Of a stretch of DNA of 64,000 bases, positions 50,251-64,000 are shown in pieces. Numbering within the stretch: the stretch's first letter is position 1; every line of letters starts with the position of its first letter. The position numbers and the translations under genes are program-made. This stretch comes from Escherichia coli (lineage in GTDB: Bacteria; Pseudomonadota; Gammaproteobacteria; Enterobacterales; Enterobacteriaceae), in the NCBI RefSeq assembly GCF_013122565.1, contig NZ_CP053258.1; one strand, 5' to 3'. Under the pieces are notes generated by a model, which searched no databases, was not told the origin of the DNA, and worked only from the letters and a program-made list of their open reading frames with translations.

Positions 50251-51159
50251 TGCGTCCTGAATAACTGGCGCAACTACGGGTTTTGCCGGGAAGAGATATT
50301 TTCCCAACGTGACCAGTACCACCGCGAAGACAATTACGCCGAGCGCCAGCCATTCAATCTTCGACAGCGTTTCTCCGCCCAGTCCCGTACCCAGCAAGAC
50401 CGCGACCACCGGGTTAACGTAGGCGTAGCTGGTGGCGAGAGCCGGACTGACGTTGCGGATTAAATACATATAAGCGTTGATGGCGATAATCGAACCAAAC
50501 AGCGCCAGATAGCCGACCGCAAGGAAGCCTGAAAGGGAAGGGAGCGCCGTCAGTTTTTCACCCGCAATCATCGACGCGATCATTAACACCATGCCTGCCG
50601 CCAGCATCTCAATCGCACCCGCCATCATCCCTACAGGTAAGGTAATGCGCGAGCCATAAACCGAGCCAAACGCCCAGCTAATCGAGCCGATTAAAATCAG
50701 AATCGCGCCCCACGGATTGCCGCTTAAATTTCCACCGCTATTGAGCATGATGATTCCGGCAAGCCCAATGGCGATACCCACCCATTCCAGTTTGCGCGTT
50801 TTAATGCCAAACAGGCGGCTGAAGCACAGGGTAAAGAGGGGCACGGTTGCAACCACAACGGCGGCGATGCCGGAAGGAACATTTTGATGTTCGGCAACCG
50901 TCACCATGCCATTACCGACAGCCAGCAATAACAGGCCAATCAGCGCGGCATTGAGCAGCGGACGTAGCGGGGGGAGCTTGTGTCCGCGTAGTAGCAAAAA
51001 TGCCAGCAATAAAATACCGGCTGCCAGGAATCGAACGCCCGCCATCATTAACGGAGGCCAGCTTTCCACGCCAATCCGAATGACAAAATAGGTTGAGCCC
51101 CAAATGATATACAACGCAAACAGCGCGCCAAAAAGCGGTAACAACTGGCGGAAACGCAT
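50239..51159 (-). CDS. yedA: EamA/DMT-family transporter
   Basis: 306 aa, ten predicted TM helices, two EamA-like halves. Confidence 0.85.
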   Translation of the reverse strand: MRFRQLLPLFGALFALYIIWGSTYFVIRIGVESWPPLMMAGVRFLAAGILLLAFLLLRGHKLPPLRPLLNAALIGLLLLAVGNGMVTVAEHQNVPSGIAAVVVATVPLFTLCFSRLFGIKTRKLEWVGIAIGLAGIIMLNSGGNLSGNPWGAILILIGSISWAFGSVYGSRITLPVGMMAGAIEMLAAGMVLMIASMIAGEKLTALPSLSGFLAVGYLALFGSIIAINAYMYLIRNVSPALATSYAYVNPVVAVLLGTGLGGETLSKIEWLALGVIVFAVVLVTLGKYLFPAKPVVAPVIQDASSE

Positions 51160-51331
51160 AATCCCTCACGGTGGAAATAAAAAGGTGGTTCATAGTAAAC
51201 GTGAAAATCATTCTGCTGGCGAGAGATATAATTGCACTTGATTGTTAAAAAAATGTTGACCTGTGAAGCAAGTATCAGAGCTGCCGTTTTTGCTTCATAC
51301 TTACACCCTTCAACAATAAAAATGAGAGGGA

Positions 51332-52249
51332 ATGCTTTTGGCCGGGAGTAGTTTACTGACGTTGCTCGATGATATCGCCACACTGCTGGACGATATCTCC
51401 GTGATGGGCAAACTGGCGGCGAAGAAAACCGCCGGTGTATTAGGGGATGACTTATCGCTCAATGCGCAACAAGTTTCAGGCGTGCGGGCCAACCGGGAAC
51501 TTCCCGTGGTCTGGGGCGTGGCGAAAGGATCGCTGATTAATAAAGTGATTCTGGTGCCGCTGGCGCTGATCATCAGTGCGTTTATCCCGTGGGCGATTAC
51601 GCCTCTGTTGATGATTGGTGGCGCGTTTCTCTGCTTTGAAGGGGTAGAGAAAGTGCTGCATATGCTGGAGGCGCGTAAACATAAAGAAGATCCGGCGCAG
51701 AGTCAGCAGCGTCTTGAGAAGCTGGCGGCGCAGGATCCGCTGAAGTTTGAAAAGGACAAAATAAAAGGGGCGATTCGTACCGATTTTATATTGTCTGCGG
51801 AAATCGTCGCCATCACGCTGGGGATTGTGGCCGAAGCGCCGTTGCTTAATCAGGTGCTGGTGCTTTCAGGCATCGCGCTGGTAGTGACCGTAGGCGTCTA
51901 CGGTCTGGTAGGGGTTATCGTTAAGATTGATGACCTGGGGTATTGGCTGGCGGAAAAATCCAGCACGCTGATGCAGGCATTAGGTAAAGGGTTATTGATC
52001 ATTGCGCCCTGGCTGATGAAAGCGTTATCGATTGTCGGCACGCTGGCGATGTTCCTCGTCGGCGGCGGGATTGTGGTACATGGTATTGCGCCGCTGCATC
52101 ACGCCATTGAACATTTCGCCGGGCAGCAAAGTGCAGTAGTGGCGATGATATTACCGACTGTTTTAAATCTGATTCTTGGATTTATCATCGGCGGCATTGT
52201 GGTGCTGGGAGTGAAAGCCGTAGCGAAAATACGCGGTCAGGCACATTAA
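51332..52249 (+). CDS. yedI: DUF808-family inner-membrane protein
   Basis: 305 aa; ...[38 protein letters not shown]. Confidence 0.85.
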   Translation: MLLAGSSLLTLLDDIATLLDDISVMGKLAAKKTAGVLGDDLSLNAQQVSGVRANRELPVVWGVAKGSLINKVILVPLALIISAFIPWAITPLLMIGGAFLCFEGVEKVLHMLEARKHKEDPAQSQQRLEKLAAQDPLKFEKDKIKGAIRTDFILSAEIVAITLGIVAEAPLLNQVLVLSGIALVVTVGVYGLVGVIVKIDDLGYWLAEKSSTLMQALGKGLLIIAPWLMKALSIVGTLAMFLVGGGIVVHGIAPLHHAIEHFAGQQSAVVAMILPTVLNLILGFIIGGIVVLGVKAVAKIRGQAH

Positions 52250-52327
52250 TACTCGCACAGGCTATTATGCAAAATTCGCCATCTTCAACTAAGGTGAACA
52301 AGTTTCACTCGAAAAAAGGAGGCGAGT

Positions 52328-52510
52328 ATGAGCTTTATGGTTAGTGAGGAAGTTACGGTTAAAGAGGGCGGCCCGCGGATGATTGTCACTGGATACTCCA
52401 GCGGTATGGTTGAGTGTCGTTGGTATGACGGTTACGGGGTCAAGCGGGAAGCTTTTCATGAAACCGAGCTTGTTCCGGGGGAGGGGAGTCGTTCTGCGGA
52501 AGAAGTTTGA
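52328..52510 (+). CDS. yodC: Small protein, DUF2158 family
   Basis: 60 aa, MSFMVSEEVTVKEGGPRMIVTGYSSGMVECRWYDGYG. Confidence 0.8.
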   Translation: MSFMVSEEVTVKEGGPRMIVTGYSSGMVECRWYDGYGVKREAFHETELVPGEGSRSAEEV

Positions 52511-52515
52511 AAGGG

Positions 52516-52740
52516 TATCATAAACACCCGACCGGATGTGGTGCTCACGTCGCATCCGGTCGGGTGTGCCAGTGTTTGCACTGAATTGCCTGATGCGACG
52601 CTATCGCGTCTTATCATGCCTACGTTATAAAACTATCGAAGTCTGTCGCGTCTTATCATGCCACCATTATAAAATTATCGCTGTTTTGCGGTACGCTATC
52701 GCCAGGTTATGCCAGAATCATAAAAAAGCAGGTGGGGAGT
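52516..52740. repeat. BIME/REP cluster
   Basis: Palindrome ccgaccggatg...catccggtcgg followed by several gcctgatgcgacgct / cgcgtcttatcatgcc REP-like units. Confidence 0.55.
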
Positions 52741-52747
52741 CGTCAGG

Positions 52748-55272
<2,525 letters not shown>

Positions 55273-55451
55273 TTACCAGGATGATTCTCAAAACAGCACA
55301 AATTATCAAAGATGATTTTTTCGGGAGCGATCCCGCTGACGCCAGAGCCACCAAGGGGTGACGTGCGTCACATTTCTATTCATAAGTAGCGTTAATCATT
55401 CATATAGCGAATATTTTCTTGTCAGCGAAAAAAATTGCGGATAAGGTGATG

Positions 55452-55538
55452 AACACATCAGATTTCCTGGTGTAACGAATTTTTTAAGTGCTTCTTGCTT
55501 AAGCAAGTTTCATCCCGACCTCCTCAGGGTCGGGATTT
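55452..55538 (+). ncRNA. dsrA: DsrA small regulatory RNA
   Basis: AACACATCAGATTTCCTGGTGTAACGAATTTTTTAAGTGCTTCTTGCTTAAGCAAGTTTCATCCCGACC...CAGGGTCGGGATTT read directly, ending in an intrinsic terminator. Confidence 0.9.
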
Positions 55539-55551
55539 TTTTATTGTGCAT

Positions 55552-55779
55552 TCAACGATTCACTTCAGAGACGCTGAAGTCATGAATATCCAGTTCGAAG
55601 GCATCCGCCAATTCACGCCATGTATGATATTCACGTCCATCGACGCTAACGTGTTCAGAATCATTCTGGCTGCGATGAACTTCGCTTTCGCTAATTTCAT
55701 TGATCGCCGCCAGCAGGGCATCGACATCGACGCTGACCTCACGTTTTGCGGTATCGCTGTACTCTTTTGCGGTTTTCAT
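55552..55779 (-). CDS. yodD: Small stress-induced protein
   Basis: Start trimmed to MKTAKEYSDTAKREVSVDVDALLAAINE (75 aa). Confidence 0.8.
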   Translation of the reverse strand: MKTAKEYSDTAKREVSVDVDALLAAINEISESEVHRSQNDSEHVSVDGREYHTWRELADAFELDIHDFSVSEVNR

Positions 55780-55851
55780 CATCTTTCCTCGCAACCGTTA
55801 CTCTGTTGTTGCCGCCAGTCGTTAAGTCCGCCTGGTATCTCTTAAGTATAG

Positions 55852-56130
<279 letters not shown>

Positions 56131-56173
56131 TCTTATTCAGCCTGACTGGTGGGAAACCACCAGTCAGAATGTG

Positions 56174-56797
56174 TTAGCGCATGTTGACAAAAATACCATT
56201 AGTCACATTATCCGTCAGTCGGACGACATGGTAGATAACCTGTTTATTATGCGTTTTGATCTTACGTTTAATATTACCTTTATGCGATGAAACGGTCTTG
56301 GCTTTGATATTCATTTGGTCAGAGATTTGAATCGTTCCCTGACCTGCCATCCACATTCGCAACATACTCGATTCGGTTCGGCTCAATGATAACGTCGGCA
56401 TATTTAAAAACGAGGTTATCGTTGTCTCTTTTTTCAGAATATCGCCAAGGATATCGTCGAGAGATTCCGGTTTAATCGATTTAGAACTGATCAATAAATT
56501 TTTTCTGACCAATAGATATTCATCAAAATGAACATTGGCAATTGCCATAAAAACGATAAATAACGTATTGGGATGTTGATTAATGATGTGCTTGATGCGC
56601 TGACTGTTAGAAGCATCATGGATGAAACAGTCCTCATTAATAAACACCACTGAAGGGCGCTGTGAATCACAAGCTATGGCAAGGTCATCAACGGTTTCAA
56701 TGTCGTTGATTTCTCTTTTTTTAACCCCTCTACTCAACAGATACCCGGTTAAACCTAGTCGGGTGTAACTACATAAATCCATAATAATCGTTGACAT
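56174..56797 (-). CDS. rcsA: Capsule-synthesis transcriptional co-activator (LuxR-type HTH)
   Basis: 207 aa, [46 protein letters not shown]-rich gene. Confidence 0.95.
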   Translation of the reverse strand: MSTIIMDLCSYTRLGLTGYLLSRGVKKREINDIETVDDLAIACDSQRPSVVFINEDCFIHDASNSQRIKHIINQHPNTLFIVFMAIANVHFDEYLLVRKNLLISSKSIKPESLDDILGDILKKETTITSFLNMPTLSLSRTESSMLRMWMAGQGTIQISDQMNIKAKTVSSHKGNIKRKIKTHNKQVIYHVVRLTDNVTNGIFVNMR

Positions 56798-57086
56798 GGC
56801 ATACCCTCACTCAATGCGTAACGATAATTCCCCTTACCTGAATATTTCATCATGACTAAACGGAACAACATGGGTCACCTAATGCGCCACTCTCGCGATT
56901 TTTCAGGCGGACTTACTATCCCGTAAAGTGTTGTATAATTTGCCTGGAATTGTCTTAAAGTAAAGTAAATGTTGCGATATGTGAGTGAGCTTAAAACAAA
57001 TATTTCGCCGCAGGAGTATCCTGGAAGATGTTCGCAGGTATTATTTTTCGGATAATCCTTAGGATAACATGATAAACGTTACGGAA

Positions 57087-57872
57087 TTATATTAATGGCA
57101 ATTCACTAATAATATCAGCCAGCAAATTAAAAATTTCACTGAATAAATGTTCGCAAAAAGGCGCAATTAACGGCATTAATGCCGCCATTAAAGAGATGCC
57201 GACAGTCAGAGTTAATGGAAATCCAATAACAAAAATGGATAATTGCGGGGCCATACGATTCAGTAAACCTAATGCCAGATTCAGGGTCAGCAGCAGAGTA
57301 ATGAGCGGTAACGCCAGCATCAGCCCGTTAAGGAAAATCAAACTCCCTGCTTTGGTGAGTGCCAGAAACGCATTGCTGTTCAACGGTTCGCCACCAATTG
57401 GCAGGGTGTGAAAGGTATCGACCAGCAGTGAAATCAACCATAAATGACCGTTAAATGTCAGGAACAGCAATAACGCCAGCATATCCATGATACGCGCTAG
57501 AACGGGCATATTGAGATGGCTGGCCGGATCGACAAACGTCGCAAATGACAGCCCCATTTGCAGACCGATAATTTCGCCAGCGGTTCGCACAGCGGCAAAG
57601 GCAAATTGCATGGTGAAACCAAGCGCAATGCCGATCAGGATCTGCTGCACGGCCAGCCACAGAGCAAAGAACGAAAAAACAGGAACATCGTTGGCAGGTA
57701 ATGATGGGGCAATAGCGAACGTGATCATCATTGCCAGACCCAGTTTTACCCGTTTCGGCACGCTGCGTTCGCTCAGAATTGGCGCGGTAGAAATGAGCGC
57801 CAGCACGCGCAGTAACGGCCAGAAGTACAGACTTAGCCAGGAAAGCCATTGATCGCTTGTCACCTGCATCAT
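57087..57872 (-). CDS. fliR: Flagellar export apparatus protein FliR
   Basis: 261-aa polytopic membrane protein, last gene of the fliL operon. Confidence 0.9.
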   Translation of the reverse strand: MMQVTSDQWLSWLSLYFWPLLRVLALISTAPILSERSVPKRVKLGLAMMITFAIAPSLPANDVPVFSFFALWLAVQQILIGIALGFTMQFAFAAVRTAGEIIGLQMGLSFATFVDPASHLNMPVLARIMDMLALLLFLTFNGHLWLISLLVDTFHTLPIGGEPLNSNAFLALTKAGSLIFLNGLMLALPLITLLLTLNLALGLLNRMAPQLSIFVIGFPLTLTVGISLMAALMPLIAPFCEHLFSEIFNLLADIISELPLI

Positions 57873-57880
57873 TGTACGGG

Positions 57881-58150
57881 CTACCCGATGATATACGGCA
57901 GGTTAGTGAACAAGGTGCGGACGTAATCCAGCAACAGATTGAGCATCCACGGTCCGGCAATAATAATGGCAATAAATACGGCGATGATTTTTGGAATAAA
58001 CGACAGCGTCATTTCGTTAATCTGCGTGGCGGCCTGCAAAATACTGATGATAAGACCCGTGACCAGCGCCACCAGCAACAGCGGGGCAGCCAGTGCCAGC
58101 GCGACTTTCATCGCTTCAGTCCCCATCATCATGACCGATTCAGGTGTCAT
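57881..58150 (-). CDS. fliQ: Flagellar export apparatus protein FliQ
   Basis: 89-aa two-TM protein. Confidence 0.9.
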   Translation of the reverse strand: MTPESVMMMGTEAMKVALALAAPLLLVALVTGLIISILQAATQINEMTLSFIPKIIAVFIAIIIAGPWMLNLLLDYVRTLFTNLPYIIG

Positions 58151-58159
58151 TTTGCCTCT

Positions 58160-58897
58160 CTAGCTGTAAAAGCTCTGCGCCAGCGAACCGACCAGCAATT
58201 GCCAACCATCCACCAGTACAAACAGCATCAGTTTAAAGGGCAGAGCAATGGTGGCTGGGGGAACCATCATCATCCCCAATGCCATCAACACGCTGGCAAT
58301 CACCAGGTCGATAATCAAAAAAGGAATGAAAATCGTGAAGCCTATCTGAAATGCGGTTTTCAACTCGCTGGTCACGTAGGCCGGGAGCAAAATGCGCATC
58401 GGCACGGCTTCAGGTCCCTGCAACGGGCCGGTATTCGCCAGTCTGGCAAACAACCCTAAATCTGCCTCACGGGTCTGACGCAGCATAAACTCACGCAGCG
58501 GCTGCGCCCCTTTTTCCAGCGCCTCCTGCATTGATATTTTCTCTTCACTGAATGGCTGGTACGCATCGACATAAATTTTGTCGATCACTGGCGACATAAT
58601 AAAAAAGGTCAAAAACAGTGCCAGCCCCAGCAATACCTGGTTAGGTGGCGCGGAGGGTGTTCCCAGTGCGTTACGCAATAAACCAAAAACAATGATGATG
58701 CGGGTGAAACTGGTCATCATCAGTAAAATTGCCGGAATAAACGTCAACGAGGTGATGAACACCAGCGTCTGCACCGGGAGCGACCAGCTTTGTCCACCGC
58801 CAAGCAGCGGCTGGCTGGTGATACCCGGCAGTTGCGCGAAGGCGAGGGGCGTAATCAGCCAGAGAAGGACAGGTGCGACAGACAATAAACGACGCAT
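58160..58897 (-). CDS. fliP: Flagellar export apparatus protein FliP
   Basis: 245 aa with signal peptide. Confidence 0.9.
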   Translation of the reverse strand: MRRLLSVAPVLLWLITPLAFAQLPGITSQPLLGGGQSWSLPVQTLVFITSLTFIPAILLMMTSFTRIIIVFGLLRNALGTPSAPPNQVLLGLALFLTFFIMSPVIDKIYVDAYQPFSEEKISMQEALEKGAQPLREFMLRQTREADLGLFARLANTGPLQGPEAVPMRILLPAYVTSELKTAFQIGFTIFIPFLIIDLVIASVLMALGMMMVPPATIALPFKLMLFVLVDGWQLLVGSLAQSFYS

Positions 58898-59265
58898 CAG
58901 GATCTCCCACTACGCTTAAGCAAATTTTTCATGACCGACTGAAAATCGGTCTGCGGTATCTCTTCTGTTGGTGCTGAAGGGGGAAGTTTATGCAGCAGAT
59001 TGATTTGCCCTGCGGTAACGCCGAGCACCAGCCGTGCATCTTCCACATCGACCACCACGACCCGTTCACGCGCGCCCAGCGAAGTACTGGCACTAATTTT
59101 CAGACCGTTAACGCCAGTGCGTTTAGGGGCAAATCCCAGCCGTTTTACCAGCCAGGCAGCAGCGAGGATCAGGGCAATAATGGCGATGAGTGCGCCGCTC
59201 ACCTGCAGCAGTGGCGCAGCAGAAACCGGCGCGGAAGATTGCACAGTAGCGTGGTTATTCATCAC
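58897..59265 (-). CDS. fliO: Flagellar protein FliO
   Basis: 122-aa single-TM protein between fliN and fliP. Confidence 0.85.
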   Translation of the reverse strand: MMNNHATVQSSAPVSAAPLLQVSGALIAIIALILAAAWLVKRLGFAPKRTGVNGLKISASTSLGARERVVVVDVEDARLVLGVTAGQINLLHKLPPSAPTEEIPQTDFQSVMKNLLKRSGRS

Positions 59266-59678
59266 TAACGGCTCAGGCGGCGCATTCGCTCAGACGGAGT
59301 AATGATATCGGTGATCCGCACGCCATATTTATCGGCAACGACCACCACTTCGCCCTGGGCGATTAAATAACCGTTGATCAGAATATCCAGTGGTTCGCCC
59401 GCCAGACCGTCCAGCGCCACGACGGACCCTTGCGTCAGACGCAACAGCTCTTTGATGGTCATCCGCGTACGGCCCAGTTCGACGGTCAGCTTGACCGGAA
59501 TATCCATAATCAGGTCGATATCCTGCAACGTTCCGCTGACATCACCACCGCCAAATTGCTGGAACACCGCGTCGGCAGCGCTTTTGCTACTGGTTGATTT
59601 TTGTTCGCTCAACGCTTCAGCCCACAGATCGTCCATTGCGCCGTTGTTGTCATCGGCCGGATTATTCATGTCACTCAT
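59265..59678 (-). CDS. fliN: Flagellar motor switch protein FliN
   Basis: 137 aa, MSDMNNPADDNNGAMDDLWAEAL. Confidence 0.9.
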   Translation of the reverse strand: MSDMNNPADDNNGAMDDLWAEALSEQKSTSSKSAADAVFQQFGGGDVSGTLQDIDLIMDIPVKLTVELGRTRMTIKELLRLTQGSVVALDGLAGEPLDILINGYLIAQGEVVVVADKYGVRITDIITPSERMRRLSR

Positions 59679-60679
59679 TTGGGCTGTTCCTCGTTCAGAG
59701 AATTTAAAATCGGGTTAATCAAATGTTCTATCCGTAACGCATACTGACCGTTGAGGGTGCCGTACTGACTGGTCAGTACCGGAACGCCGTCAACATGAGC
59801 GATGATGCGATCGGGTTTTTCTATCGGCAGGACGTCACCGGGTTTCAGTTTTAAAATCTGCGACAGGCGTAGCGAGATATCGGCAAAGTTGGCGACCAGC
59901 TCCAGCTGTGAATGCTGCACCTGGCGCACCAGGTTATCGCGCCAGTTCTGATCTTCATTACGCGAGTTTTCCAGCGGCGGGTTAACCAACAATTCCCGTA
60001 GCGGCTCGATCATGCTGAAAGGCAGGCAGATATTAAATTCGCCGGTCAGGTTGCCAATCTCCACATGGAACGGCGTGTTAACCACAATGTCGTTCGGCGA
60101 GGTGGTGATATTGGTAAATTTCACCTGCATTTCCGAACGCACGTACTCAACTTCCAGCGGATTAATCGCCTTCCAGGCGTCGCTATAGCCTTCAAGCGCC
60201 AGCTTTAACATGCGGTTGATGACGCGCTGTTCGGTATGGGTAAACTCGCGACCTTCCACTTTGGTCGGGAAGCGTCCATCGCCGCCAAACAGGTTATCCA
60301 CGGCGATAAACACCAGACTCGGCGAGAATACCACCAGCCCTGTGCCGCGCAGCGGTTTCAGATGGATAAGGTTCAGGTTGGTCGGCACCGGCAGGTTGCG
60401 GGCAAATTCATGGTACGGCTGAATGCGGATGGCCCCGACGGTTATATCCGGGCTACGACGCAGCAGGTTGAACAGCCCCATACGAAAATGGCGGGCAAAG
60501 CGCTCATTAATGATTTCCAGCGCCTGCAAACGTTCGCGCACAACCCGTCGTTGGGTATTCGGATCGTACGGACGAATGTCACTTTCGCCGCTAACACTGG
60601 CTGTCGGTTCGTCTTTGACTTCGCTGTCACCATTCAACAGCGCATCAATTTCAGCTTGAGAAAGAATACTATCGCCCAT
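59675..60679 (-). CDS. fliM: Flagellar motor switch protein FliM
   Basis: Start trimmed to MGDSILSQAEIDALLNG (334 aa); the track ORF runs 34 codons further into fliL. Confidence 0.9.
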   Translation of the reverse strand: MGDSILSQAEIDALLNGDSEVKDEPTASVSGESDIRPYDPNTQRRVVRERLQALEIINERFARHFRMGLFNLLRRSPDITVGAIRIQPYHEFARNLPVPTNLNLIHLKPLRGTGLVVFSPSLVFIAVDNLFGGDGRFPTKVEGREFTHTEQRVINRMLKLALEGYSDAWKAINPLEVEYVRSEMQVKFTNITTSPNDIVVNTPFHVEIGNLTGEFNICLPFSMIEPLRELLVNPPLENSRNEDQNWRDNLVRQVQHSQLELVANFADISLRLSQILKLKPGDVLPIEKPDRIIAHVDGVPVLTSQYGTLNGQYALRIEHLINPILNSLNEEQPK

Positions 60680-60683
60680 GTCG

Positions 60684-61148
60684 TTATCGCAGAATAAAAG
60701 CGGTATACAGCACGTCGGTGACATCCTGTTTCGGTTGCCCGGCAACAAGCGGGGTGGAAAGCGTGGTTTTAATCTCGGCAATCAGGTTTTTCTTGCCTTC
60801 TTCTGTCGCCAGTACGGCAGCATCCTGACGCGAAAACAGTAACAGCAAACGGCTACGGACTTCCGGCAAATACTCACTCAGCCGCGAGCGGGTAGCTTCA
60901 TCTTTCAGGCGCAGGGTTATGCCGATATAAAGCACGCGATCCGCATCGCCCAAATTGACCGTGAAGGTATCCAGCGCATAGAAGACCGGTGAGGGCACGA
61001 CGCGTTGCTGCGCTTTGTCGTCAGCGGCAACCTGATGCGAATGCCAGTAGCTGTAACCTGCGCTGGCACAGGCCGCGAGGGTAATGAATACCAGAATCGG
61101 GATCCAAAGCGATCGCTTGCTTTTCTTGCTTATCGCGTAATCAGTCAT
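60684..61148 (-). CDS. fliL: Flagellar basal-body-associated protein FliL
   Basis: 154-aa single-TM protein, first gene of the fliLMNOPQR operon. Confidence 0.9.
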   Translation of the reverse strand: MTDYAISKKSKRSLWIPILVFITLAACASAGYSYWHSHQVAADDKAQQRVVPSPVFYALDTFTVNLGDADRVLYIGITLRLKDEATRSRLSEYLPEVRSRLLLLFSRQDAAVLATEEGKKNLIAEIKTTLSTPLVAGQPKQDVTDVLYTAFILR

Positions 61149-61252
61149 GTGTTGCGGTCTTCCTGTGTCGCTACTGCTTATCGGCTAATTATCCTGCGTC
61201 TTGAGCGCAACAAAGCGGGGAAAAGACGCGGATTACGGTGCTACCTCTGACG

Positions 61253-62380
61253 TTAGGCGAAAATATCAACGCCGCTGTTGCCTGTTACACGCCCTTGTAA
61301 AGAGACGGGAACCGGAAGCGTATCGTCGTCTTCCCCCGCCAGAGGTTCATGGTTTGCTGTGCGTTGGCTTTGCTGTTGCTGGGAAGCGGCCTGCTGCTGA
61401 CCACTAAAGCTTTCGCCACTGATGTTGCTTTGCCCTAACTGAATGCCACTTTCGGCCAGCTGCGTACGCAGTACCGGCAGCGCTGCTTCCAGGGCGGCGC
61501 GTACGTGCTGATGTGGTGAAACCATCTGGATTTGCGCCTGGTTATCATCCACTTTGAGGGAGATTTGCACTTCACCTAAATCCTGCGGGTGCAGACGCAA
61601 CTCTGCACTTTGTTGCCCCTGGCGGGTAAACAGCAAAATATGCTGGCTTAATGATTGTTGCCATTCGTGAGAACCCAGCGGTGCACTCAAAACAGGCGCG
61701 GCGGCGGTGGGCAGTGGCTGTGTCTGGTGTGGAGTGATTAGCGGGCTGGCGGCAGCGGTCACCGACGAAGGCGTGCTGATGACTTCCGCTTTACTCTGGG
61801 CTTCTGCTATCAGCGGTGTTAATGGCTGAGCTGGCGTGCCGGGGGCGTCATCAGGCTGTGCTGTTGTGAGTTGCGCAGAAGTCAGTTTTGTGAAAAGCGT
61901 TGGTTTCTCTGTCGGTAACACGGTTGACGGTGCATCAGTCACTTTGGGCGTATTGTCAAAACCCGGCAACATCGCAAAAAGGGCACTCAGGCTGGCGGTG
62001 ACGTCTTCATTCAGATCATCCGCTTTTTCGTCTTTTGCCGTATTGTTGTCAGCCGCCGCAGCCAACGTTATCGTCTGAGCGGTGGTTAACGGTGTCGATG
62101 TGGATTGTTCGTCGTTGATGACAGGCGGTGTTTCATCCACAGGGATCAGTAAATCCGCTTGTTGCGCGTCGGAAACAATATCGCTGACCAGCGGCTCGCC
62201 TTTTGTCGTGGGCTTATCTGTTGCCACCAGCAACTGGGGAGTCGCTTTGTCGGTTGTTGCCTCGCCTGTTAATGCTTCGCTCAACAACGCGAGAAAATCT
62301 TGTGCAGCATCGCTGGCTTTGCCGCCAGACAATGTGGTGTTATCAACGTCAGCGGTAATCAAGGGCGCTATGCGAATCAT
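61253..62380 (-). CDS. fliK: Flagellar hook-length control protein FliK
   Basis: 375 aa, Pro/Thr/Gln-rich. Confidence 0.9.
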   Translation of the reverse strand: MIRIAPLITADVDNTTLSGGKASDAAQDFLALLSEALTGEATTDKATPQLLVATDKPTTKGEPLVSDIVSDAQQADLLIPVDETPPVINDEQSTSTPLTTAQTITLAAAADNNTAKDEKADDLNEDVTASLSALFAMLPGFDNTPKVTDAPSTVLPTEKPTLFTKLTSAQLTTAQPDDAPGTPAQPLTPLIAEAQSKAEVISTPSSVTAAASPLITPHQTQPLPTAAAPVLSAPLGSHEWQQSLSQHILLFTRQGQQSAELRLHPQDLGEVQISLKVDDNQAQIQMVSPHQHVRAALEAALPVLRTQLAESGIQLGQSNISGESFSGQQQAASQQQQSQRTANHEPLAGEDDDTLPVPVSLQGRVTGNSGVDIFA

Positions 62381-62820
62381 TCAGGTTTCCTCATGGCGGC
62401 GCGCTGGGCGAACTCATCCATCTTTTTCTGATCGAGGCGGTTTTCTGCAAGCAGTGCCGCCGTGGATTGCCGTTCCTGCAGTGTCTGCCAGGCCTGCAAA
62501 CGTTGTTTCTTTTCTCGCCAGCTGTTCAGGGCAATGTCAACTTTCTGCGTCCACTGATTAAGTTGCTGGCGATGCTGAGTAATGGCTTTTTCCAGCGTCT
62601 GGATAAACTGCTGATAGTTGATCCAGCGGTTGCTGGTCATCCCGGCACTCATATCGCTGTTGAGGTTATTGCGATATTCATTCTGATAATCGATCAGCAT
62701 TTTGAGCTGTTCTTCCGCCTGCTGACATCCGCGACGCATTTCACCCAGCAGGCGCGCGGCATCCTCTACCTCTTTTTCTGCCAGATCTTTCAGGGTCGCC
62801 AGCGCGCCATGTTCTGTCAT
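62377..62820 (-). CDS. fliJ: Flagellar export chaperone FliJ
   Basis: 147-aa coiled-coil protein. Confidence 0.9.
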   Translation of the reverse strand: MTEHGALATLKDLAEKEVEDAARLLGEMRRGCQQAEEQLKMLIDYQNEYRNNLNSDMSAGMTSNRWINYQQFIQTLEKAITQHRQQLNQWTQKVDIALNSWREKKQRLQAWQTLQERQSTAALLAENRLDQKKMDEFAQRAAMRKPE

Positions 62821-62838
62821 CTGCCGTTATCTCCTGGG

Positions 62839-64000
62839 TTATGACACTGTCGGGAAAATACGCTCCAGCCCCTGGAGAGACGCTTCCCAGTCCGCGCGTT
62901 CAAAAATGCCTTGTTGCAAATAGCCCTCCAGCTGCGGCCACAGGGCGATGGCTTTGTCGAGCATCGGATCGCTGCCTTTGGCATACGCGCCGACGCTAAC
63001 CAGATCGCGGTTACGCTGAAAACTCGACAACAGCTGTTTGAAGGTGCGCACTCGCGCGTAATGTTGCTCGCTGATCAACGCCGTCATTGCGCGGCTGATC
63101 GACGCTTCAATATCGATAGCCGGATAGTGCCCGGCTTCCGCCAGTCGGCGAGACAGCACAATGTGACCGTCGAGGATCGCCCGCGCGGAGTCTGCAATGG
63201 GGTCCTGCTGGTCATCGCCTTCAGTAAGCACGGTATAAAACGCGGTAATCGAGCCGCCGCCGCTAATGCCATTTCCGGCACGCTCGACCAGTGCCGGTAA
63301 TTTGGCAAACACCGACGGTGGATAACCTTTGGTGGCGGGTGGTTCGCCAATCGCCAGCGCAATTTCACGCTGGGCCATCGCGTAGCGGGTGAGGGAGTCC
63401 ATAATCAGCAACACATGCTGACCACGATCGCGAAAATCTTCGGCAATGCGCGTGGCATAGGCGGCACCTTGCATTCGCAGGAGCGGAGACACATCCGCCG
63501 GAGCGGCAATCACCACTGATCGTGCACGCCCTTCGGCACCGAGGATATTCTCAATAAAATCTTTTACTTCGCGCCCACGTTCACCAATCAAACCCACGAC
63601 AATGACATCGGCGCGGGTGTAACGTGCCATCATCCCCAGCAGCACACTTTTACCAACGCCGGACCCGGCAAACAGCCCCATACGCTGCCCACGCCCAACG
63701 GTAAGCAGGGCATTGATTGGGCGCACGCCGGTGTCCAGCACATGTTCAATCGGTGTACGTTGCAACGGGTTAAATGGCGGGGTAATCAGCGCACCGGTTT
63801 CCGTCGTATCGGGGGAGGGCAGGCCATCGAGCGGTTTACCGCTGCCGTCCAGAACGCGACCTAATAACGCCGGACCGAGCGGCAACTGCTTGCCGCTTTG
63901 CAGCCCTTCTGTCGAAATGTTTTTGGCATAAACACGCGCGCCGGGCAGGACACCTTCCACTTCCTCCAGCGGCATTAAAAACAGCCGTTGACCGTTAAAG
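62839..64000 (-). CDS. fliI: Flagellum-specific ATP synthase FliI (C-terminal about 85 percent; N-terminus lies beyond the window end)
   Basis: Walker [10 protein letters not shown] and Walker B region; frame stays open to position 64000. Confidence 0.9.
   Translation of the reverse strand, partial: FNGQRLFLMPLEEVEGVLPGARVYAKNISTEGLQSGKQLPLGPALLGRVLDGSGKPLDGLPSPDTTETGALITPPFNPLQRTPIEHVLDTGVRPINALLTVGRGQRMGLFAGSGVGKSVLLGMMARYTRADVIVVGLIGERGREVKDFIENILGAEGRARSVVIAAPADVSPLLRMQGAAYATRIAEDFRDRGQHVLLIMDSLTRYAMAQREIALAIGEPPATKGYPPSVFAKLPALVERAGNGISGGGSITAFYTVLTEGDDQQDPIADSARAILDGHIVLSRRLAEAGHYPAIDIEASISRAMTALISEQHYARVRTFKQLLSSFQRNRDLVSVGAYAKGSDPMLDKAIALWPQLEGYLQQGIFERADWEASLQGLERIFPTVS

Noticed and set aside
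57451-58459. ORFs of 121-200 aa on both strands overlapping fliR, fliQ and fliP
   Set aside because: Alternative frames of well-defined flagellar export genes; His/Gln/Arg-rich translations with no domain

Overview
The window reads as an Escherichia coli-type chromosome segment, inferred from gene content and order only (no database search was possible). It runs, in reverse orientation relative to the usual K-12 map, from the pdu/cob locus to the flagellar fliI-fliR operon: pduBA | pduF-pocR-B12 riboswitch-cobUST-ldtA-[accessory PTS island]-asnV-nac-cbl-asnU-yeeO-asnW-yeeN-amn-shiA-yeeL-yeeJ-asnT-mtfA-serU-yodB-zinT-msrQP-hiuH-hprRS-hchA-yedS-yedR-yedJ-dcm-vsr-yedA-yedI-yodC-dgcQ-yedP-dsrA-yodD-dsrB-rcsA-fliRQPONMLKJI. 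Most of it is conserved core with confident calls. The best candidate for an undescribed system is a roughly 9.5 kb island between ldtA and tRNA-Asn (asnV), carrying two galactitol-family PTS transporters, two regulators and four sugar-phosphate enzymes, with no mobility genes and an unknown substrate. Other points of interest are a cobalamin riboswitch left behind where the cbi operon is missing, followed by an unidentified ORF; a near-perfect 609-bp tandem repeat inside an enlarged yeeJ adhesin gene; apparently intact yeeL and yedS (pseudogenes in K-12 as I recall); and a possible small RNA between yedS and yedR. No CRISPR array, integrase, transposase or IS element was seen. All coordinates come from reading the sequence and the ORF track; starts were trimmed where the known protein N-terminus was recognisable.
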